DNA of 64,000 bases, taken from NCBI RefSeq assembly GCF_001194135.2, contig NC_068981.1, positions 157,271,320-157,335,319 of the forward strand. The letters are read 5' to 3'. The stretch comes from Octopus bimaculoides (Eukaryota). The notes below the pieces were generated by a model, which worked only from the letters and a program-made list of their open reading frames with translations, was not told the DNA's origin and ran no database searches. Of the stretch, positions 36,138 to 49,963 are shown one piece after another (positions within the stretch are counted from its first letter, which is position 1; each line of letters starts with the position of its first letter). The position numbers and the translations under genes were made by a program.

Positions 36138-38159
36138 AATGAATATAACAGTCTTGAAAGAGCCACTTAATATAAAATAAATAATATACCCTCTACTTGA
36201 TGTATTGAGGACTTACTTTAAATGAAGTTCCTTCCATTCTAATAGAATCACCAACTACACACACACACACACAAACACACACTTACATGGCCATATGGTT
36301 CAGGAGTTTTCTTTAGAACCACATGATTGGGGGTTCATCCTCACTGGGTTGGCTGCTGGGCAGTGTTGTCTACTATATCTGCAAGCTGACCATTGCTTTG
36401 TGAGGGAAACTGGTAGAAGCCCATTGTATGCATTTGTGAGTAAGTGGGTTCCCACTACACAGTTTCCATCTGTCAAGTTCACAAGGTATAACTTCAGGCA
36501 ATAATAGAAGATACTTGCTCAAGAGATGAGTAGGTGGCTTTATGCCAGGTGCTGAAGGCTGAAGTATGATAGACGACCAAGCACAGGTGTTTTGCTATAG
36601 AGAAGATACACGGTCATCATGCATTATATGAGAGTAAGTGAGAGTAGCTGGAAGGAAGATAAAGATGGTGGTGATAGGATACCAGAGTGTATGTACACTC
36701 AAAGTACAAGAAGGTGAGTATAGAAACTGGATAAGCAAGGGAGGAAAGGGCGGGTAATTTCGTAAGAGAAAGGGAAGGGAGTGACATATGGTTAGAAATA
36801 GGACTAGAGGTGGATGTAATGAGAGATGATAATAAATATCAGAATGGAGGGGAGAGGTGAGAGAGATAGAAGTGGCTCAGGATGGAGGAAGCAACAGGTG
36901 ACAGCACAGGATGGCAGGAGAACTGCAGTGTCATAATCCTGTTGATAGATCAGAGAGTAAGAAGATGGTGTGCAGGTTGTGAGACTGAGGTGTCCAAGGT
37001 GGGACTGAACCTGAAATTGCATGGTTGGGAGGTAAACTTCTCTTAATCACACAACAGGGAATATATTTATATATATATTTATATATATATAAATATTAAC
37101 AAGAAATAATTATGCAGCAAAGAAAACCAATATTAGTCAATGATTAATAGAATTTTAATTATACTACCAAGTATGGGAAACAACTCAGGACATGATTCAG
37201 TCTTATTATGACCTCATCAACAAAGCATATACTTTGTTGTATTTGCAGAGATAGTGATGGCAGAATCACTATGTAAGTACCCAATAATGTAAGTATATTG
37301 GAAAGCATAGAAAAATAGAATTATTTAGCGAATAAAAGTTGTTAGCTGGATGCCACGACGATTAGAACATGAAGTAATGATCATTTCAAAAATTAATCAT
37401 TCTGTTAGTTATCCAAAACAGTAGCAAGTTCAAAAAGGCAACAAGAGGAACTCGACAAATGGAAGTTTTTAAAGTTTCAGTGATTAAAATACATTGCACT
37501 TTGCATCACATCCACTTCGTAGCAAGGCAGAGTTAATTAGTTTCCTTGTATAATAAACTACTTTTAAACAACAAGGAAATGGCTATGTGGTCACTTTCCC
37601 TGCTAGAAATAGCAGCCAAATCTATCTTAAATTACACTCTAGCATGATCTCTAGAGATAGTAGACAGTTTTTGTTACCTAGTTGAAGTGACCAAGTTAAT
37701 AGTAATGTAGTGAACGTATGGTAACCAGAATAGGAACAGGCTTGAAAAAGTTCAAGGAGCTACTGCTGCTGTTAATAGCAAAAGTTTTCTCTCTCAGAAT
37801 GAAAGGCAAGCTGAATGGTGTCTGTGTATGAAGCCCTGTCAATTTTCCCGCTTCTATGCCCTTTTTTATTCATCTTCTTGGACACCAATATGAAGTAACC
37901 ACAAATATCTCCCACAGCAAATGTATCTTTACTCCTCCCATCATACATTAACCTCTCAACACCTCACATACAGTAACCACTGTCTATTCCCCTCTCAGAG
38001 AAAGGGGTTTTTTAGTCTTACAAGTTACAAGGCAATCTCACTAGTATTGGTGTCATTAAAAAAAGTGCCCAGTACCTGTTAACTAGGTGATGTTTGGAAA
38101 GGTATTCAGCCATAGAAACCATCGCATACACACATACATACATACATAGATGATGATGA

Positions 38160-38489
38160 TAATCCTTTCTACTATAGGCACAAGGTTTGAAACTTTGGGG
38201 GAGGGAGTTAGTCGATAACACCGACCTCAGTGCTCAACTAGTACTTATTTTATAGACCCTGAAAGGATGAAAGGGTTCTTTCGATTATAGGCCCAGGGCC
38301 TGAAATTTTGTGACGAGGGGGCTAATCAATTACATCGACTCCAGTGTTTGACTGGTACTTATTTAATCAGCCCCAAAAGGATAACAGGCGAAGTCGACCT
38401 GGGCAGAATTTGTAGTCAGAACGTAATGACAAATGGAATGCCACTAAACATTTTACCTGGTGTGCTAACAATTCTGCAGCTCATCTCCT

Positions 38490-38523
<34 letters not shown>

Positions 38524-38815
38524 TAATAATAATAAACATAATAATAATAATAATAATAAACATAATAATAATAAAAATAATAATAATAAAAATAATAATA
38601 AAAATAATAATAATAATAATGGCATCAAATTTTGGCATAAGACCAGCAATTTCAAAGGAGGGGATAAGTTGATTATATCGGCCTCAACATTTAACTGATA
38701 CTTTATTGATCCCAAAAGGATGGAAGGCAAAGTCAACCCTGGTGGTATTTGAACTCAGAATGTAAAGACAGACAAAATGCTGCTAAGCATATTGTTCAGC
38801 ATGTTAACAATTCTT
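38160..38815 (-). mobile_element. Three SINE family 2 copies around an (AAT)n tract
   Basis: Repeated family core; microsatellite at 38490-38620. Confidence 0.75.
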
Positions 38816-40145
38816 CATTAGTTTTACTTTGGATATTAAGAGTTTGTTATATTTTCTGTATATAAAAAAAGAAAAAAATCTTTCATAAAATTCTGTGTCC
38901 TTAAAATATTTTCTTAAGGAAAAAAGAAAAAAACAAAAGAAGTAAAAGAAGAAATGAATTCTAAGAAACTCTGCTGAAAGGTTCTAAGAACAAGTGCAGT
39001 AATAAAACATTTGAAACAAAAGAAGTTATATGGCTTACTTAAATATATCTACAACTGGATAGGACTAGACTGTTTTGAAATAGTATTTTGAGGCATAACA
39101 GAGTATATTGGGCATATTTGAACACAATGTTTTATAAATTATATATTTATAAATTATATTTCACATGTATAAATATTCACTTAATGCATTGAATACATTA
39201 AGCAGATGTAATGTAGAAGATGATAAGACTGTATTAGTAGCATTGCCTGACTATAACATCTCAGTGGAAGTTAGTTACTGAATGCAGGCTAAAGAACAAG
39301 TGTATAAACAGAACTTCTTCACCATAAACACTGGTGTTGTTAGATGCCAGCTGATGATGATGACAAAGAGGTTCTCCTTGATTTAAAATTCATAAATATC
39401 AATTTATCCCTTTTCTAAAGAATAAAATTTAGCACAAAGAAGTTAAGTTACTTACATATCCTAGTAACTGGATAAGCGCATTACACAACATTGTTTAACC
39501 AGTGAAGGAATGCCTCTGGCAATGTGAGATAAGTGTTTTTTACTTTTTGTTTTTCTCTCTCTCTTTTTTATTTTACTAAAGAGTTAAAGTGGTCCAGATA
39601 CACGATGCTGTTGAAAGGTTCTCGCAGAGTAAAGTTAAACTCAGCTAGGTACATAGCTATATAATTAAAAACATAATTGTTTTATGGACCAAGAAGTAGA
39701 GAAAACATCGACGCTTTTGTCATTCAACAAAGTAGAACAACTTTTAATGATAATGAGGATGATAAGGTATTTCACTTTCTTGATTGCATATCAACCAGGA
39801 ACTCCAGTAGTCACATAACTGAAGGTCACATTCAGTTTGACATGTAATCAGTCGTAGTTGTCAGTTGGGTTGCTTAGTTTCATATAAAGCTCTTCTTCGT
39901 ACAAATGCGCACACTCACCCCAAAGTTAATATAAAAGGCCACTGTTGTTATTGCTTACAAAGAAGTTGTTTTAGTGGGTTAATTATACATGACAGATATA
40001 AATTTAAGTGCTTTATGAGTTACCAAGTATTTGGACCTTAACATCTATGCTGTTATGAAGGATGTCATTTCAGATTTTGCAATTTTACAAGGATGTCATT
40101 TCAGAACTTACAATTATTAACATGCTAACTACCATATGTACCAGT

Positions 40146-40498
40146 GGAGGCGCAATGGCCCAGTGGTTAGGGCAGCGAACTCGTGGTCATAGGATCGCGG
40201 TTTCAATTCCCAGACTGGGCATTGTGAGTGTTTATTGAGCGAAAACACCTAAAGCTCCACGAATAGTGATGAACTCTTCCACCACAGCTTTCTCTCACTC
40301 TTTCTTCCTGTTTCTGTTGTACCTGTATTTCAAAGGGCCAGCCTTGTCACACTGTGTCACGCTAAATATCCCCGAGAACTACGTTAAGGGTACACGTGTC
40401 GGTGGAGTGCTCAGCCACTTGCACGTTAATTTCACGAGCAGGCTGTTCCGTTGATTGGATCGACTGGAACCCTCAGCGTTGTAAGTGACGGAGTGCCT
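40146..40498 (+). mobile_element. SINE family 1 with 12-bp TSD
   Basis: TSD CCATATGTACCA at 40132-40143 and 40502-40513; A and B boxes present. Confidence 0.9.
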
Positions 40499-42075
40499 AT
40501 GCCATATGTACCACCTGTGGTTCATCGCAAACTTCACAGAACTGCCAGTAACAGATTGTGGTGGTTAACATGTTAAATTCCAACCATATTTTAGTATGTA
40601 GAATGATTTATTGCATAGTGGTATAAATGAGAGATCTCAGATGTTCACAATTCTATGTATAAATAATATTAATTTCTTTTGAGAAGACCAATATTTTTAG
40701 TGGAAAGGGCAGATGATTAATAGAAATGGTAATGTTATTTAGCCCCTTGTGGGCAATAAAGAAATAAGAAATGGTAATATTAATTGAAATACCTTAGTAA
40801 CGAGCCTTAACATTTGGAGTTCAAAAAGGTTGATAAAATAAAGACTGTTTCCCTTCTTTATCAATTCAAGAACTCATGCCAAAATTAGTAACCAATATTT
40901 ATATCAGTAAGTGTATTGAATTGAATCAACCCTAATTTTCTAACTTCTCACATTAGCATAAAGCCTCCCCAAATACCACAATAGATAGTGGTGAATGTTA
41001 TCTCATAAATGATAGCAGTGGTGACTTGCTATTTTGCTAACCAGAATGTCAAACGTCACTATCTCTCTCATTAACCTTGCAGGATAGCAAATGTTACTGC
41101 TATTTCAACTCATTAGCGTAGCATCCAAACATGTAAAAACCAACACTAAGAGCAATCCTCTACACGTCACTTGACCAGCCAGAAATATCTGCTAAATTTC
41201 CCTCAAAAACATCTCACTGACATATAAAGGATATGTTAGATAATTTAATCACATATATATATTATGTATGAAAACAAACTGGATGGAATGTTTTGGACCA
41301 GAAGTCAATTAAATCAGAAGTGACTTTAGGTGAAACAATAATATATCAAGGTAGTGAATTTTATTTATTCTTACTTCTTAAAGCAAACAACATAAAAGGT
41401 GATGAATTAAGAAGATAAACTTAAAAAAAATATGGTAATCATTCAGAAAACAATGTTTATTACTTGCTTTTATTTGTTAATTCCATTATCAACTGCAAAC
41501 TATGGACAAAAATCTATAGTGATTTGCTAAAAATGGCCAAATCTCCTCAAACAAACACTGTTAACATAAGAGAATTTTACAATGCTTTCTAGTGCAAGCC
41601 AAGTGATAACAAGTTGAGCAAGCAGTAACGTTTGTTAGTCTCTATAATTAATGAGATGCAAAGTAACATTCAACATCCTTTTTAATTAAGAAGATATGTA
41701 GTATTCACCGATTTACCAGTTAACTTAATAGTAGTACAACGGTTAACTGGAACTATCAGATTCTCTAGGTTAAAAAGGAACATTTGATTTAATACTTGGT
41801 TCTTCATTATGCAACAAACTGCATTGTTTAAGTTCTGTTCTAAAGCTGGAAAATAGTACATAGTTTGGGACACACAAGTACTAGCATAGTACTTGAAGCA
41901 GTAGTAACAGAATGAGAGAAGTGAGGTTGTGCTTAGAGTTGGGGAAGAGATATTAGAATAGTAGCAGAAATATTTAAAGAAGTAACATTAGAGTTGGAAA
42001 GTAGAGGTTAATGCAACAGCAATGTAAAGATTAGGGAGGTGTAATTTCAGTGCTATATGATAGATTAATTGTTAA

Positions 42076-42594
42076 CCCTTTGTGGGCCAGTGGGGTTGGA
42101 ATTACACAAAAGTCCATTGGGGTTCCCTTTTATTTTTGCACATTTCCACACTATCCATAAAGTAATATTTGTTTAATCTTGTATATATATGTGTGAGTGC
42201 ATGATACAGAGCAAGAAATTTAGCACTTCTTTTTATAGTTTTATAAACTATACATATACCAATAATATAAAATAAAACAAAATTATTTAGTATATCGATT
42301 CATACCAGTACAAATATGAAGAAAATTGACTTATAGTTTATCAGAATATCTGAAAAAATAACAGAAAAAAATAATTTCACAGAAGGCCAATGGGGTCCAG
42401 TTGGACTCCAACAACCATATTTTATGCTATAACATCCATGACTAGAAATTTTAAACTCAAAATTTGTATGTGCATACATAAACTATTAACGATAAAAGTC
42501 ATGAGATATAAAATCATTTAAATAAAAAATGTAAAAGTTGCATAACTTTTAAAATTTGCTGGGTTCCCAAGGGACCCCACTGGCCCATGAAGGG
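42076..42594. mobile_element. piggyBac-type MITE, 519 bp
   Basis: TTAA on both sides; 21-bp TIRs CCCTTyrTGGGCCAGTGGGGT (19/21 match). Confidence 0.85.
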
Positions 42595-42724
42595 TTAATT
42601 ATTTAGTGCATTGAGATTAACTTCCTATTCTTTAGAGACAGCAAATTGCAAAATTCTACTGTCCATGCCTTTTCCAAGAGTATTTCCTAGAATATGAATA
42701 TTAACAACAACAATAATAATTTCT

Positions 42725-44065
42725 AATTAGGCACGAGGATAGCAATTTTGATGAGAGGAATTTAGTTGAAAGCATAGTCTGCTTTCCAGTAGACTAGTAC
42801 TTTACCAGTAGACTAGTACTTTATATCATCAACCCTGGAAGGATGCAAGTTGAGCTTGATGGGGATTTAAAATCAAAACATAAAGTGCTAGAAGTACTGC
42901 AAGGCATTTAAAAGGATGCTCTAATGTTTCTGCCAATAATAATTGTTTCTAAAGCAGACACAATGCCTGAGATTTGGGTGGAGAGAGGTCAGTCAATTGA
43001 ATCAACCCCAGTACTTAACTGATACTTTCTTTTATTGATCCAGCGGGGGATGAAAGGTAAAGTTGGCCCCAGCAGGATTTGAACTTAGAACTTATAGAGC
43101 CAGAACAAATACTGTGTGACATTTCATCCGACATGCTAACAAGCCTGTCAATCCACTGCTTTAATAATAATAATAATAACAATGGTCTCAAATTTTGTCA
43201 CAAGGGCAGCAATTTTGAGGAAGGGGTTAAGTCGATTACATCTTCCCCAGTGTACATCTGGTATTTATTTTATCAACCCCGAAGGGATGAAAGGCAAAGT
43301 TGACCTCAATGGAATTTGAACTCAGAACATACCAGCAGACAAAATACCACTAAGCATTTGGTCTGGTGTGCTGATGATTCTGCCAGCTCATGGCCTTAAT
43401 AATAATGATAATAATAATGATGATGATGATGATGATGATTTAAAATTTTTACCCCGAAAGGATGAAAGGCAAAATCGACCTCGATGGAATTCGAACTCAG
43501 AACATACAGGCAGATGAAATACCGCTAAGCATTTCTCCCAGCATGCTAATGATTCTGACAGCTCGCCACTTTAATAATAATAATATTAATAATAATAATA
43601 ATAATCCTTTCTACTAAAGGCACAAGGCCTGAAGTTTTGTGGGAGGAAACTAGCAATTACATTCACTCCAGCACTCGACTGGTACTTAATTCATCGACCC
43701 TGAAAGGATGAAAGGCAAAGTCAACCTTGGCAGGATTTGAACTTAGATTGTAGCAACAGACAAAATACCACTAAGCATTTTGCTCGGCATGCTAATGATT
43801 CTGCCAGCTTGCTGGTTGATAATAATAATGATAATAATAACAATAATAATAATGATAATAATAATAATAATGGTTTCAAATTTTGTCACATAGGCAGCAA
43901 TTTTGGGGGAGGGGATAAGTCGATTATATCAAGCCCAGTGTTCAACTGGTACTTAAGTTGACCTCAGTAGAATTTGAACTCAGGACGTAAAGACAGACAG
44001 AATGCCACTAAGCATTTTGACCAGTGTGCTAATGAGTATGCCAGCTCACTGCCTTAATAACAATA
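42725..44065 (-). mobile_element. Head-to-tail array of about six SINE family 2 copies separated by (AAT)n
   Basis: GGATGAAAGGCAAAGTyrACC and AATTTGAACTCAGAA cores recur about every 200-250 bp. Confidence 0.8.
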
Positions 44066-44069
44066 ATAA

Positions 44070-45065
44070 TGATAAAAGAGAGAGGTTTGGAGACGTCACT
44101 ATAAAACTTTGCTCAATAAAGAGAATGAATGGGAGAAAGGGAGTTTGCTGAATGTTGACCCAACAGAGGGACCAGCTATTTGAGTTGACAGTTCCATGGT
44201 AGATAAAGCAAGTAAGAGTATGAAGACAGGGAAAGCCCCCGGCCCATCAGCAATCACTGCAGAGATGCTCAAAATATCTGGCAGTGTCGGCTATAGCCTA
44301 GTCACCCGTATAGTTAACCAGGTGATACACGAAGGAGTCATACCCAATTACTGGTGTAGCAGCACCATAGTCAATTGCTACAAAGGTAAAGGTGACACTT
44401 TAGATACAAATAATTACAGAGGTATCAAGTTATTGGACCAGGTAATGAAGGTCACCGAGAGGGTCATAACCCANNNNNNNNNNNNNNNNNNNNNNNNNNN
44501 NNNNNNNNNNNNNNNNNNNNNNNNNNNNNNNNNNNNNNNNNNNNNNNNNNNNNNNNNNNNNNNNNNNNNNNNNNNNNNNNNNNNNNNNNNNNNNNNGACC
44601 TTGCCCTAATTGCTGAGTCACTATCAGAACTAGAGAAGTTTCAGGTGTGGAAGCAAGGACTAGAATCGAAGGGCCTTAGAGTCAACCTAGCTAAAACCAA
44701 AGTCCTAATAAGTAGGAAGGTAGACAAAATACAAACCCCTTCAGGTAGATGGCCCTGCTTGATCTGTAGAAAAGGCATAGGTAGAAACTGTATAAGATGT
44801 ACCCAGTGTAAGCTATGGACACATAAGAGGTGCAGCAATATCAAAGGAAGGCTAACTAGCAAAGTTTTTGTATGTGGCTGATGCTCAGGAGCAATAAACA
44901 CTGAAAATGTGCAGAAAACAACTTTTGCCACATTCCAGGGAGAAAAACTAGAAGTAGTTGATAGCTTCCTTTATCTAGGTGACCAAGTTAGTAGTGAGGG
45001 AGGGTGCGCTGAAAGTGTAGCTGCTAGAATAAGAATAACCTGGGCAAAGTTCAGAGAGCTCTTAC
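44070..45065 (+). mobile_element. RTE-clade LINE reverse transcriptase fragment (spans an N-gap)
   Basis: MKTGKAPGPSAITAEMLK, YKGKGD...NYRGIKLL, GLRVNLAKTK, CxxC..CxxC..HxxC finger, FLYLGD..RIRITWAKFRELL. Confidence 0.9.
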
Positions 45066-47387
45066 TTTGCCAATCCTAAAAATGCATGTAAGGTTGCTAT
45101 ATTTGTCAGAGGGGGTATGTTTTTAATTGCGTCTGTCCTCGACGGGTCTGGTCGATATCCATTTCTGTCAATGATTTGTCCTAAATATCTTATTTTCAGT
45201 AAGGAAAATTCATACTTTTTTTCACTCAAAGTAAAACTGTAATCCCTAATTTTTTCAAATACATATTTTACATGCTCTACGTGTTGATCCCTGGATTTGT
45301 TTTTAATGAGTATATCATCCAGATATGGAATTGCAAATTCACAGTTTGCTAACATTACATCCATAATCTGTTGAAAAATCGCTGGTGCTACTTTTAAACC
45401 AAATGGTAACCTGTTGTATTTGTACAATCCTTTATGCGAGTTAATTGTTCGGTATTTAGAGCATTCATCATCTACTCTAATTTGTAGGTATATGTCAAAG
45501 TGACCCAATTTAGAAAATATCTTGCCACCATTCAGTTTCACAAAAATATCCTCTGGAGTAGGTAGTGGATAGTGACACGTTTTAAGACATTTGTTTAAAC
45601 CAATGGAAAAATCAGCACACACTCTGATTTTATTATTCTTTTTCTTAACGTACACAGGTGATGATGCCCACTGGCTGTATTCTACTTTTTTGGATAAATC
45701 CAATTTTTTCTAGTCTCTCTAAGTTTATCTGTTCTAATGCTGTAAATGGTACTGTTCGTTTTTGCTTAAGGTGTTTTCTTCTATTTGAAACTGCATCTTT
45801 GTTTTGGTGCACAGACCTAATTTATCAGACAGAACTTCAGGAAAAATATTAAAAGATTTATTTTTCAATTCATCAGACGATTTGTTTGTACCGGAGAAAA
45901 AAAAACATTCACATTTTTACAGAAAAGATTTATGTGGAGATCCCTTAAGTTAAATAATTCCATCCAGTCAGGACCAAATAAATCTGTGGTATTATTTAAC
46001 ACAAAAACTTTAGCTTTTAAGGTTTTTTTGTGAAATGTAATGCTACTTATCAATTCACCCTTAAAATATAATTTTTTTTCCTGAAAGACCATGGGCAATT
46101 TTCAAAGTTTCATTTAATCTAAGTCTCCTGATTTATTTTCCATGTATCTGTGTCTATTATTGAGATGTTGCTGCCTGTATACAAATGTAACTTTACATTT
46201 GTGTTATTAATTTTAACACACACAAATTTCCTTTGAGGCTCATTCATATTTTTTGTCACCAATAATCCGTTTACGTGATTTTTTCTGTTGAACCGTCTTA
46301 CAGTGCAACTTTTTATGGCCTATTTTACCACACTTGAAGCATTTTATATTTTTAGATGAACAATTATTTTTAAACTGTAGACCACTGTACCCATAACATA
46401 GATTCGGTCTTGATATTTTTTTATCCAATACTAGTTGACATGCTTGAATCTGAGAACAATTTTTCTCTTCAATTTTATTTGCGTTATCTTATAGATTTAT
46501 AATCCTCTGATATTCTTCTGCTACTGCTTGTAAAGTTAAATTTTGGTCCTGTTCTAATTTTGTTAATATCTGGGATTGTATATCTGCATCTTTGCTTGCA
46601 GTAAGCCCTTGAACAAAAATTAAACACTTGAACATGTCTGGGGTCAACTCATTCAACTGAATTTCTGTTAACTATTAACCATTCTGGCACAGGTGACAAA
46701 ATCCTCACCTTTTTTGACCAAATTTAAACACTGCCAATGAGTATTGAACAGGGAACTTCTTTCACTGAAAACTTTTGATAAAATATTGTTTCATTGAAAC
46801 AAATCTCACCTGGTTTCTTCGGTAGAATATAATTACTATATTTTTCAGGTTTGGCAGGGGAAAACTTTCTTAAAAGTAGTCATAAGTTTTTCTTGTTGGA
46901 CCAACTTTTACACTCTTCTTTGAAGATTACTTCTAGATTATAACTGAATTCTTCAATTGAGTTAGCTACGCTGTCTGGTGAGTACAGACCTGAAATATTT
47001 ACAGATTTCCTCAATATTAATTCCAGCAACTGTTGGTTTTGTTGTTGTTGCAACTGCACCATGGAGGCCAATAAGTTCTCCGTGCTAAATGATATTTTTG
47101 GCTTCGTACCAAAAAAATATTTTAAATATCCAATGCAAACTTCAAACAACCTGTTGCCACTTTTATATCCTTGTATGTTGGATATATAATATAATGAAGC
47201 AGTGGGAAAGAAAGTACTCACATGATGCACTACGATTACTATTACATAAGACTCAATGCTCTATATCATGGCTCACAGTGAGCTGTTTACCAACCTGAAC
47301 TGCTGATGCCCTCACAGTTCTCTATTTAATAGATATGTCTCAGTCTATTTTTAGTCACATGGGGGTGGTCAAAATTCTTCCATAACA
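45066..47387 (-). mobile_element. 3'-truncated Ty3/Gypsy LTR retrotransposon: 5' LTR, gag, protease region and RT; no RNase H, integrase or 3' LTR
   Basis: RT motifs WASSPV, IRVCADF, RLPFG..APAIFQ, YLDDILI, FLGL; gag knuckle CFKCGKIGHKKLHC. Confidence 0.9.
47176..47387 (-). repeat. Putative 5' LTR of the Gypsy element
   Basis: TGTT...AACA termini on the minus strand, with a PBS-like TGGCAACAGG just inside (47159-47150). Confidence 0.55.
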
Positions 47388-47439
47388 GTACCCCAGTATC
47401 ACTTTGATGGCATGCGCTGCTCTCTCACTCAATAATAAT

Positions 47440-48990
47440 AATGATTTCAAATTCTGACACAAGGCCAGCAATTTTGGGGAAGTTGATCATATCAACCTCA
47501 GTGCTCAACTGGTACTTGTTTTATCAACCTCAAAAGGATGAAATGCCACTATGCATTTCGCCTGACATCCTAATGATTCTGCCAGCTCACTGCTTCTAAT
47601 TTTTAGGTGCAAGGCCAACAGTTTTGAGAGATGGGGGTTAATCCATACCACTGACTCTAGTACTTTATTTTATTGACCCTCGAGGGATGAAAAGCTAAGT
47701 TACTTTGGTGGGTTTTGAACTAAAAAAAAAAAGCGTAAAAACCAGAAGAAGCAACACCAGGCATTTTGTCTGGCTCTTTCATGAGCAGATTACAAGGTCA
47801 AATTTTGTACTGAAAATCAATTGATTGGATTTCAAAATATTACTTATTTTATTGACAGTCCAACTCAGATTGATTTTAAAAAAGAAAAAATGAAATTGGC
47901 ACAATGATCTCTAATGTCATCAAGCTGTTCACTATGAATAATATTTAGGCATTAAGCCAGATATTTTCAGTGGAGCAGTAAGTTGATTAAATCGACCCCC
48001 CCACTCCATCACTCAGTACTTGATTGATACTTTATATTCATAAACCTCAAAAGGAGGAAAGGCAAAGTTGACCTCAGTGCGATTTGAACTCAAGCACTAG
48101 AACAAATACTTCAAAGCCTTTTTCTCATGCTCTAATGATTCTGCCAATCTATCACACTTAAAATAATGGTTTCTGATTTAAGCACAAGGCCAGCAATTTT
48201 GAGGGGAGGGAGTCAGTTAATAACATCAACCCTCCAATACTTGACAGGTACTTTATTTTACTGACACCTTCCCCCCATTAATAATAATGGTGGCAAGTTT
48301 TGGCACAGGGCCAGCAATTTTAGGGGAGGGGTAAGTTGGTAACGTTGACCCCAGCATTCAACAGGTACTTATTTTATCAACCCAGAATGGATGAAAAGCA
48401 AAGTTGATCTTGGCAGAATCTGAACTTAGTACACAAAGACAGATGAAATGTTGCTAAGCATTTTGTCCAGGTGCTAACAATTCTGCCAGCTCACCTTATT
48501 ATCATCATCATCATTATTATTATTATTATTATTTCATGTTCTGAGTTCAAATTCTGCTGAGGTCGACTCTGCCTTTCATCCTTTTGGGGACGATAAGTTA
48601 AGTACCAGTGAAACACTGGGGTTGATGTAATTGACTAGGCCTCTCCCTCCAAATTTCAGGCCTTGCGCTTTTAGTAGAAAGGATTATTATTATTATTATT
48701 ATTTCACGTTCTGAGTTCAGATTCTGCTGAGGTCGACTCTGCCTTTAATCTTTTTGGGGTCAATGAAATAAGAACCAGTTGAGTACTGGGGTCTATTAAT
48801 CGACTATCTCCCTGCCCCAAATTTCAGGCCTTGCGCCTATAGTAGAAAGGATTATAATTATTAATAATAATGGCTTCTGATTTAGGCACAAGGCCAGCAA
48901 TTGTGAAGGGGGAGAGAATTGGTTGATAACATCAACCCTAGTTCTTGTCTGGTACTTTATTTTATCGACCCTAGGTATGAAAGGCAAGCC
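47440..48990. mobile_element. Cluster of about eight SINE family 2 fragments in both orientations
   Basis: Minus copies at 47440-48495 and 48870-48990; plus copies at 48530-48850. Confidence 0.75.
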
Positions 48991-49963
48991 ATTATTCTTC
49001 CAGGTAAAGGCAAGAAGATCAAAACTTCTCGTATCTTCTACAGAGCTGAACTGTCATAAGATCTGTGCAAGAGGTAATTATAAATGCGTGGTTATAGCAA
49101 AGGAAAACAAAACCTACTAGTTTCTGAGTTACTCAGTCATGTAGTTGCGTCTAATTGACTATATAATTATCCAGTATCTGAAATTTGAGACAAAGTAGCT
49201 GGCATTTGTTAATCAAGTGAGTCCTTTCTTCAATGTAACCTCAAACCTGGAATAGTCCTTTAGAGAAGGAAAACAAATAAAACCTAAGGAAACGAAACAA
49301 AGTCTTTACAAAATTCGAAGGACTCTATTGGAAACGTTGACAAGTTGTTACACGACTTATGTATACACAGACATATACACACTCACACTACTGTTAGCAC
49401 TGTGGTTACATCAACACATGTGAATCAGTTATTGAAGATTAAAATAATGGTGAGTGTCCCGATAACAGTTATATACATATTAATTTAAAACGTTACACAT
49501 TCCAGCCATGTGAATACAAGTACTTATCAGGATAAATATATTTATAGTAATATCGATACAATCTGAACACAACTATATCAATCCACACCCACAAAATATC
49601 CTTCTCGCATATAATAAACACATGCACACACAGCCTAAATCACACATACACATACCAACATGCACTAATAAAAACACACCCACATTCAGTTAGATAAACG
49701 TATGTCAACATAATCAAATAAACACTCAATACAACGTATTAACACCTACCTATGAATGTGACTGGAGTGTGTGTGTGTGTGTAACATGATCGGGGAGTTT
49801 TCTTTATAAGCATTGCAGTACTATATTGATTTTTAAAAAAATCATAAAGAGTATAAGCAATTGAATTGACTCAAAATATTACTCTTATTTATCCATGTAG
49901 ATGTATAAACATCAAACCCTTTGTTTCAGATGTATGTATGTATGTATATCGCATCATATTTAC

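Noticed and set aside
38348-38736. Poly-Asn and poly-Leu ORFs (also 4679-5433 and 43737-43961)
   Set aside because: (AAT)n microsatellites flanked by SINEs.
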